A stretch of DNA of 64,000 nucleotides from a virus, in IMG/VR virus record IMGVR_UViG_3300032214_000986, positions 1-64,000 of that record, one strand, 5' to 3'. Under the pieces are notes generated by a model that had not been told where the DNA came from, ran no database searches, and saw only the letters and a list, made by a program, of their open reading frames with translations. Shown piece after piece: positions 57,070 through 64,000 of this stretch (its first letter is position 1; every line of letters starts with the position of its first letter). Made by a program: the position numbers and the translations under genes.

Positions 57070-59670
57070 ATGGAAAAACTGCTTTTTATTGCCCCTCACT
57101 TATCAACAGGGGGGTTACCTCAAGTTTTGGTTAATAAAATTGAGTTATTAAAAAATGATTACATTATTAAATGTGTAGAATGGGATTGGACAGGCGATGC
57201 ATTTGTTATTCAAAAAAACAGAGTTAAAGAACATATTGGTCCTGAGAACCTTATAACTTTAGGTGAAGATAAAACAAAACTTTTTGATATTATTTCAGAT
57301 TTTAATCCTGACTTAATTTGTTTGGAGGAGTTTTGTGAACACTTCATACCTGAAGAAATTAATAAAAAACTATTTTCAAAAGATAGGTCATATAAATTAT
57401 TTGAAACGACTCACGATTCAAGCATTCCCGTAACAAACAAAAGATGGTTCCCTGATAAGTTTATTTTTGTCAGCCCATTCAATGCGTTTAGATACTCTAT
57501 GTTTGACGTTCCTTATGATATTATCGAATACCCAATAGATGCGGTGACACCAAATAAAGAATGGGCACAAGAACAATTAATGCTTGACCCCAATTTTAAA
57601 CATGTAGTCATTGTTGGTTTATTCACCGAAAGAAAAAACCAAGCATATGCATTTGAAATGGCAAGAAGAGTAATTGGTCAAAATATATTATTTCATTTCA
57701 TTGGGAATCAAGCCGATAATTTCGCACATTACTGGTTACCATTAATGGGTAATAAACCAGGTAACTGTATTGTATGGGGTGAACGAAATGACGTGGACAC
57801 TTTTTTACAGGCATCTGACTTATTTTTATTCCCGTCAAAAGGAGACAGAAATAATAAAGAATTAAACCCGATAGCAATAAAGGAAGCTATCAAATATGAA
57901 TTACCGATGATGATGTTCAATTTGGATGTTTATTGTGGTAAGTACAATAATAACCAAAAAATTAAATTTATGAGTGGAGACATCACCCAAGACACAAACA
58001 CATTATTAGGTATGTTAGGTAAAAATGATATTTTATCATTGTTTAGTTTATCGTACGAATCGAATGAAAATAAAATTAATATTCATTATAACCACACAGG
58101 GTCTAATGATATTAATGTTGTTGTAAAATGTATGACATCAAACGCACCGATGTATTGGTTCAACTTAAATTTTACAGAACCTTTAACTTATTTCGTTATT
58201 CCGATACCGACTAGCGTTATGAAATTTGAAGGTATGAAAAACTTTAGAGGTTTTTCAGTTGAGTTTTATAGTAATGGTGATAACACGTATTTGGGTAAAA
58301 AGGAAGTAGTTGTTAATAACGTATACCCTAATATACCAAGATTTAATTTTAAACCGTTCGATTGTAACTATGTAAATTATCACGAATTCTTTATCGATAA
58401 ATGTTTTAGTGGTTTAGGGTTGGAAAATTTGGACACTGTTATTGATATTGGTGCTAACGTAGGATTGTTCGCAAAATACATGTACTCAATAAATACCAAA
58501 AAAGTTATTTTGGTTGAAGCTAACCCTTATTTAAGAGAAAGTATAGAAACATTATTAGACACAGATAATGAAAAATCGGTAATATACATGAATCCTATTT
58601 ATGGCGAAAAGACAACTATTCCATTTAGATTCTCAATGGAAAACACTACTATCGGGTCTAATTATTTTGGTACTGACCACGATAGTTATAGTCAATTAAC
58701 AAATGTAATTGATTGTGAAACAATCACATTAGATGAGATTTTAAAAGATAATAATTATGAACGAATCTCATTATTAAAATGTGATATTGAGGGTGGTGAG
58801 TATCCTTTCTTTGAGTCCGTTACCGATGAACAAATCCAACTTGTTGATAGATTCATGATTGAGTTTCATGGTAATGTTAATCATGAAATTGACCCAATAT
58901 TAGAAAAACTTGAAAGAAATGATTATGAATATGAAATTATTTTATTCGAGATGGGTAGGCAAATCCGTTCACACAAGGGTATCGAACACGGAGTTATTTT
59001 TGCAAAACCAAAAAGTAAAAGAGATAAAAAACCAGGGTCAATTAATGGGTCGGTTTATCAAGTAACTAAAGATTTTGAACAAGCGCTTTGTGATTATACC
59101 GGTGCACCTTACGCAGTCACCGTGGATAACCAAAGTAACGCATTGTTTTTGGCATTAATGTATGAGAAGATTAAAGGGAAAACAATTAGAATCCCATCTA
59201 GAACATATCCTTCAGTACCTTGTGAAATTATACACGCAGGAGGCAAAGTAGAGTTTGAAGATTTTGGAGGTACAACGTTAAAAGGAGCATACCAACTACA
59301 ACCAACCAAAGTTTGGGATAGTGCGTTAAGATTTACTTCAGATATGTACATTCATAATTCACATATGTGTTTATCATTTACCGGACCTTATAAACATTTA
59401 AAACTTGGTAAGGGTGGTGCTATTCTTACGGATGATTACGAAGCATACAAATGGTTTAAACGAGCAAGATATTCAGGTAGAAACGAATGTTCTTACCATG
59501 AGGATGAATTAGATATGTTGGGTTGGAATTTTTATATGTTACCGGAATTGGCGTCTCGTGGACTTCTACTTATGAACCAATTCTATAAAGTTGACGGATC
59601 CCCTAAACATAATGAGGATTTGGAATTACCTTATCCTGACCTATCCAAATTTGACGTATACAAAAAATAA
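57070..59670 (+). CDS. Fusion: GT4-like glycosyltransferase + FkbM methyltransferase + DegT-type PLP enzyme
   Basis: HLSTGGLPQ...VGLFTERKNQ...SDLFLFPS...IKEA; VIDIGANVGLF...LLKCDIEGGE...IEFH; FEQALCDYTGAPYAV...WDSA...SFTGPYKHLKLGKGGAIL. Confidence 0.85.
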   Translation: MEKLLFIAPHLSTGGLPQVLVNKIELLKNDYIIKCVEWDWTGDAFVIQKNRVKEHIGPENLITLGEDKTKLFDIISDFNPDLICLEEFCEHFIPEEINKKLFSKDRSYKLFETTHDSSIPVTNKRWFPDKFIFVSPFNAFRYSMFDVPYDIIEYPIDAVTPNKEWAQEQLMLDPNFKHVVIVGLFTERKNQAYAFEMARRVIGQNILFHFIGNQADNFAHYWLPLMGNKPGNCIVWGERNDVDTFLQASDLFLFPSKGDRNNKELNPIAIKEAIKYELPMMMFNLDVYCGKYNNNQKIKFMSGDITQDTNTLLGMLGKNDILSLFSLSYESNENKINIHYNHTGSNDINVVVKCMTSNAPMYWFNLNFTEPLTYFVIPIPTSVMKFEGMKNFRGFSVEFYSNGDNTYLGKKEVVVNNVYPNIPRFNFKPFDCNYVNYHEFFIDKCFSGLGLENLDTVIDIGANVGLFAKYMYSINTKKVILVEANPYLRESIETLLDTDNEKSVIYMNPIYGEKTTIPFRFSMENTTIGSNYFGTDHDSYSQLTNVIDCETITLDEILKDNNYERISLLKCDIEGGEYPFFESVTDEQIQLVDRFMIEFHGNVNHEIDPILEKLERNDYEYEIILFEMGRQIRSHKGIEHGVIFAKPKSKRDKKPGSINGSVYQVTKDFEQALCDYTGAPYAVTVDNQSNALFLALMYEKIKGKTIRIPSRTYPSVPCEIIHAGGKVEFEDFGGTTLKGAYQLQPTKVWDSALRFTSDMYIHNSHMCLSFTGPYKHLKLGKGGAILTDDYEAYKWFKRARYSGRNECSYHEDELDMLGWNFYMLPELASRGLLLMNQFYKVDGSPKHNEDLELPYPDLSKFDVYKK

Positions 59671-59671
59671 T

Positions 59672-60466
59672 ATGTATAATAACAAAAAAATTTCATTAGC
59701 CATAACATCATCTAAAAGATTTGAGTTACTACAAATGACTATTCGTGGTTTTGTCACATTTTGTAATGATTTAGATATTATCGATAATATTATATTTTTT
59801 GATGATTCATCGTCAAATATTGATAAAATTAATATGGAACGACTATTACGAGACAAGTTTCCAAATAAAAATATAATAGTAACTCATTTTTATAAAAATT
59901 CTTTTGAGGATGGATACAGACATTCAAGAATTTTAAATGAAATGAGAAAAAAATTAATTGAGACTGAAACTGATTACTTTTTTATGTTGGAGGATGATTA
60001 TCTCTTTGTTAATCATTTTTACATAAAAGAAGCTATAGACATATTAGAAAACAATGAAGAATATGGGTATGTGGGGTTTTCACAATCTTATAAAAATTTT
60101 CCACCTGAAATCCAACCTAAAATTATTGGTGACTTCTGGGAATGGTATTACGATACCGAAAAACCTATAAACGAACATCTATTTTTAGATGAGGTTTCTG
60201 CCACCCAAACAATGATTCCAAATATTTGGATGATGTATACAAATTGGCCTAGTTTCTCACTTAGACCCGGTATTAACCACACAGAAAGATTTTTAAGTAT
60301 CGGTGAATTTTCGACAGACTACGATACAAATGAAATGAGAACCGAGTTGGAGTTTGCAATAAGATGGTCAAAAAAATATAAAAGTCTTTGTCATAAAAAC
60401 TTTCATATAATAAATTTAGCGTGGGACTCAACTAAAAGTTCATACAATTTAAATAATAGTAATTAA
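59672..60466 (+). CDS. GT-A-fold glycosyltransferase-like protein
   Basis: ITSSKRFELL, FDDS, YFFMLEDDY, FSLRPG. Start moved to ATG 59672. Confidence 0.7.
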   Translation: MYNNKKISLAITSSKRFELLQMTIRGFVTFCNDLDIIDNIIFFDDSSSNIDKINMERLLRDKFPNKNIIVTHFYKNSFEDGYRHSRILNEMRKKLIETETDYFFMLEDDYLFVNHFYIKEAIDILENNEEYGYVGFSQSYKNFPPEIQPKIIGDFWEWYYDTEKPINEHLFLDEVSATQTMIPNIWMMYTNWPSFSLRPGINHTERFLSIGEFSTDYDTNEMRTELEFAIRWSKKYKSLCHKNFHIINLAWDSTKSSYNLNNSN

Positions 60467-61767
60467 TGGATTTTAATAATTTATGGGAAAAATGTTTAAG
60501 ATATAATATTGAACAAAAACCCGAGGAGTTTAAACAATTTTTAGAGGTTTTAGGTAACCAAAAGAATAAAAAATATGCACTAGAGATTGGGTCAAATTAT
60601 GGTGGGACTTCATACGCATTATGTCATATATATGATTATGTAATATCTTTAGATATCAAACATCATGAAAATTTTGATAAGATAAAGGAGGAGTTCCCAA
60701 ACTACAACTATATAATTTCAGACTCAACATTAAATGATACTGTTAAAATTATTAAAAATTTAGGTATTGTGTTTGATTTTATATTCATTGATGGCGACCA
60801 CTCATATGACGGTGTTAAAAACGATTATGATAAGTATAAACAATTTTTATCCCACGATGGGTTTTTAGGTTTTCATGACATCATACCAAGTGAAGAAACA
60901 GAAAAACATAATATTTTTGTACATAAGTTCTTTAAAGAATTAAAAGAAACTTACAACGAAGTGTATGAATTCGTCGCAACAGAAAAAAACCCAATTTATA
61001 GAAAAGATAATTTATTTCATAAAATATTAGAAAATCAACCGTACGACATTTGGGGGGGTATCGGGTTAATAAAAAATAATAAGGTTTCTATTTTCTCACA
61101 CAACTACCTAGACAACGATTGGTATAATATACTTAACAACCAACTTTTTAAATTAAAAAATAGTGGCCTTTATAAAAGATCTGACAAAATTTATTTAGGG
61201 GTTTATTCCACCCAAAAAAATAATATTAAAATTTTTAAAGATATTATTTTAGGATTCGATGAGGATTTAAAAATTGAGGTCGTGGTTTTTGATAATAATT
61301 TGTCAGAATATGGGACGTTAACCCTTTTACAAAATTATTGTAAAATTAACCCGAATTCTACTGTTTTATATTACCATACTAAAGGGTCGTCTAGAGAAAA
61401 AAATTATTATATAGATTCTTGGAGAGAGTGTTTAGAATATTTTTGTATAGAGGAGTGGTTACGGCCGTTAAAAGACATATTAAATAAAGAGTGTGACGTG
61501 TGCGGGTCACTATACGTTGAGTCATTTAAATTTCTTGATTATCATTTACAAAATTATTTTTCTGGTAATTTTTGGTGGTCATCTTCTAATCATATTAACA
61601 CCTTAGAACAAATCACAAAATTACATCACAATAGTAATGGTGAAAGAATTAATTCAGAACTATGGGTAGGTACTAAACCGCATTATTGGAAAAGTTACTA
61701 TAACGAGAATGTTTCGTCGTGGTATGAACATTATTTTGACCCAAAAAAATATAAAATAAATATATGA
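60466..61767 (+). CDS. Fusion: SAM methyltransferase (Methyltransf_24-like) + putative glycosyltransferase-like domain
   Basis: LEIGSNYGGT, FIDGDHSYDGV..D, GFHDI; C-half EYGTL, LYYHTKG, FSGNFWW. Confidence 0.8.
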   Translation: MDFNNLWEKCLRYNIEQKPEEFKQFLEVLGNQKNKKYALEIGSNYGGTSYALCHIYDYVISLDIKHHENFDKIKEEFPNYNYIISDSTLNDTVKIIKNLGIVFDFIFIDGDHSYDGVKNDYDKYKQFLSHDGFLGFHDIIPSEETEKHNIFVHKFFKELKETYNEVYEFVATEKNPIYRKDNLFHKILENQPYDIWGGIGLIKNNKVSIFSHNYLDNDWYNILNNQLFKLKNSGLYKRSDKIYLGVYSTQKNNIKIFKDIILGFDEDLKIEVVVFDNNLSEYGTLTLLQNYCKINPNSTVLYYHTKGSSREKNYYIDSWRECLEYFCIEEWLRPLKDILNKECDVCGSLYVESFKFLDYHLQNYFSGNFWWSSSNHINTLEQITKLHHNSNGERINSELWVGTKPHYWKSYYNENVSSWYEHYFDPKKYKINI

Positions 61768-62345
61768 AAAGGGCGATAATAGGTTATGGTGGACACGCAA
61801 GAGAGGTGATGTCCCAAATGGGTGAAAAAATACCTTGTTTTGTTGAGGATGAGTTTTATTTTCCACAAAATAATGTCTTTCCATTATCAGAATTCAATCA
61901 TAATGAATATGAAGTAATGGTTGCTATTGCGGATACAAACGTTAGAAAAAGAATCGTTGATAGATTACCAATTGACACTAAATTTTTTACTTTTATACAC
62001 CCAAATTCATTAATTGGTGAAAATGTGATAATAGGGGATGGTTCATTTATCGGGGCTTACTCAATATTAACAATTGATATAAAGATGGGTAATCACTCAA
62101 TACTTAATCGATTTAATCAGATAGGTCATGACTCGTTTATTGGTGATTATTTTAGTATGATGCCAGGAGCAATAATTTCAGGTAATGTAAAAATAGGGAA
62201 TAAGGTATATTTGGGTACCAACTCATCAATAAAGGAAAAAATCACCATAACCGATGATGTTATTATCGGATTAAATAGCGGTGTCGTTAAAGACATAACA
62301 GAAATGGGTACTTATGTTGGGGTACCAGTTAAAAAAATTAAATAA
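61764..62345 (+). CDS. PglD/NeuD-like sugar acetyltransferase
   Basis: GYGGHAREV, FIHP, hexapeptide repeats, IGHD, VGVP. Confidence 0.9.
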   Translation: MKRAIIGYGGHAREVMSQMGEKIPCFVEDEFYFPQNNVFPLSEFNHNEYEVMVAIADTNVRKRIVDRLPIDTKFFTFIHPNSLIGENVIIGDGSFIGAYSILTIDIKMGNHSILNRFNQIGHDSFIGDYFSMMPGAIISGNVKIGNKVYLGTNSSIKEKITITDDVIIGLNSGVVKDITEMGTYVGVPVKKIK

Positions 62346-64000
62346 TGAAAAAATTATCAGTATTGGTTCCAAGTTATAATTTTGGTGAATTTATAACCGA
62401 TTGTGTTGACTCGATATATAATCAAAAAACAAATTTTGATTTTGAAGTTATTGTTAGAGATGATAAATCTAATGATAACACAAATGAAAAATTAGAACTT
62501 TTAAAAGAAAAATACCCGAGTATCATCATACTTGATGGGTCGGTAAATTTAGGAGCATTTCATAATATAAAATTACTTTATGAAAGTGCAAACTCGGAGT
62601 ATGTTGCATATCTTGACGGTGACGATATGTTTGGTGACACGGACAAACTACAAAGACAGGTGGAATTTTTAGATACCCACCCGGAATATGTTATGCACTT
62701 TACAGGTACTCGATACTTGAAACAAGATGGTACTATTTTTCCAAACGATTCGAGATTAATATGTTCTGTTAAAGATATTATAACAATTTATGATTTATTA
62801 GAATCTAATTATGTTGGGTTTGGTAGAATGTTTAGAAAACTACCCAATATTTTTAAAGAAAAGTATTCCGATTTACCGTATGTTGATTGGCCAACAAGTT
62901 ATGAGTTAAGTAAGTACGGATCAATATTCTATGAAGATTTTTTTGGTGGTTTGTATAGGATATCAAGTACAGGTATATACTCAACATTAAGTGAAGAAGA
63001 AAAACAATCGGGAGCTAACTTAGTTCGTAAAGTGATTAATGATGATTACATGTTAGAAAATATGAAACCAATCACAATCATAGATTGTTTTATACACACA
63101 AACGAAGTTTTAAATAAACTACGTCTTTCGTTACATAATTTAAAAAAATACGGTAATAAAATACTATTAGTTACCAATACTACCCCACCACAGGATATAA
63201 TTGAAAGTGTTGATTTTTTGTTTTACAACACAGAAAATAAACTATTCGAGGAGGAATATGAAAACGTCGGGTTAGTTGATTTGTGGAAGGCATATGATAT
63301 GATAGTCATCCACGAAATCACTAAAGACATACAAAGACACGGGTTGTCAGTAATGTGTAACCTTTTTAATAGTTTGGATATTGCAAAATCCTTAGGTTTT
63401 ACACACTTCCAAAGAATTGAGGTTGATGACATGTTCACAGATGATGGTTACGATTATATGATGACAGTACCTAATAAATGTGTAGAACAAAATAAAAAAT
63501 CATTATTTTATATTAATGAGGGAAGAGATATATCATTTCATTATTTCTTCTCTGAAATTGACTTCTTTTTAAATAATGTGAATAGGGTTACTGATGAAAA
63601 ATCATATAGGGATTATGTTAGAAAAAACGGATACGGAAATGATTTTATAAATGTTGAAAAGTATGTTTATAACAACTTACTTAAAACAGGGTTATCAGAC
63701 ATACTTGTAAGGAACGGTGAGGATGACATGGATTCAGATTTTCCTAACACATTATGGAATAGCATTTCAACTCAATCTAATTTACCAACAAAATTTAATG
63801 GATGTTCGACTAAAATTTATAGGGTAGAGGGGTCAACGAATCTTTCAGTATTAAGTTTCAATTATAATGATTTTCAATCATTAAGGAAGATTGTTGTTTG
63901 TTTTGAAAATAATGAAATTACAATACACCACAGACTTGATTATGACGGAGCATGGATGTATAATATTTTTGAAGATGAGATTAAAAAAATAAAAGTATAT
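62345..64000 (+). CDS. Glycosyltransferase family 2 with additional C-terminal domain (runs off the right edge)
   Basis: Not in the ORF track. TAATG overlap; MKKLSVLVPSYNFGEFITDCVDSI..., RDDKSND, YLDGDD, KLQRQV.FL; no stop seen before the window end. Confidence 0.85.
   Translation, partial: MKKLSVLVPSYNFGEFITDCVDSIYNQKTNFDFEVIVRDDKSNDNTNEKLELLKEKYPSIIILDGSVNLGAFHNIKLLYESANSEYVAYLDGDDMFGDTDKLQRQVEFLDTHPEYVMHFTGTRYLKQDGTIFPNDSRLICSVKDIITIYDLLESNYVGFGRMFRKLPNIFKEKYSDLPYVDWPTSYELSKYGSIFYEDFFGGLYRISSTGIYSTLSEEEKQSGANLVRKVINDDYMLENMKPITIIDCFIHTNEVLNKLRLSLHNLKKYGNKILLVTNTTPPQDIIESVDFLFYNTENKLFEEEYENVGLVDLWKAYDMIVIHEITKDIQRHGLSVMCNLFNSLDIAKSLGFTHFQRIEVDDMFTDDGYDYMMTVPNKCVEQNKKSLFYINEGRDISFHYFFSEIDFFLNNVNRVTDEKSYRDYVRKNGYGNDFINVEKYVYNNLLKTGLSDILVRNGEDDMDSDFPNTLWNSISTQSNLPTKFNGCSTKIYRVEGSTNLSVLSFNYNDFQSLRKIVVCFENNEITIHHRLDYDGAWMYNIFEDEIKKIKVY

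Noticed and set aside
1-64000. Alternative genetic code (TAG or TGA recoding) as in some huge phages
   Set aside because: Standard code yields full-length conserved proteins and near-complete coding density; TGA and TAG both end plausible genes.

Overview
A 64-kb, AT-rich, densely coding segment of a large (jumbo/huge) T4-like tailed phage read in the standard genetic code. The host is probably Bacteroidota: TTTG-N19-TAnnTTTG promoter, no Shine-Dalgarno sites, DUF4494-like gene, bS21 and a signal peptide exposing Gln. It holds (1) the head module: terminase, portal, prohead protease, scaffold, major capsid protein and an antisense ribosomal protein bS21; (2) baseplate/fibre-like genes and a gp55-like late sigma factor; (3) two glycan-biosynthesis clusters (5.6-25.9 kb and 57-64 kb) with roughly 15-18 glycosyltransferase-like genes plus gmd/fcl, rfbH and methyl-, acetyl-, amino- and cytidylyltransferases; (4) a ClpC-like ATPase, a peptidase and a complete tmRNA with an unusual tag. 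Main leads, all hypotheses from hand reading: a strongly enriched [ST]-[GA]-x-[ST] motif in outer virion proteins, a candidate sequon for phage-encoded virion O-glycosylation; a TATTTAT(A) element (reverse complement of the T4 late promoter) before 17 genes, often only 3-5 nt from the ATG; and a family of amphipathic peptides ending in (I/L)xE that look like capsid-targeting tags on unrelated cargo proteins. All family calls come from recognised motifs, not from database searches.
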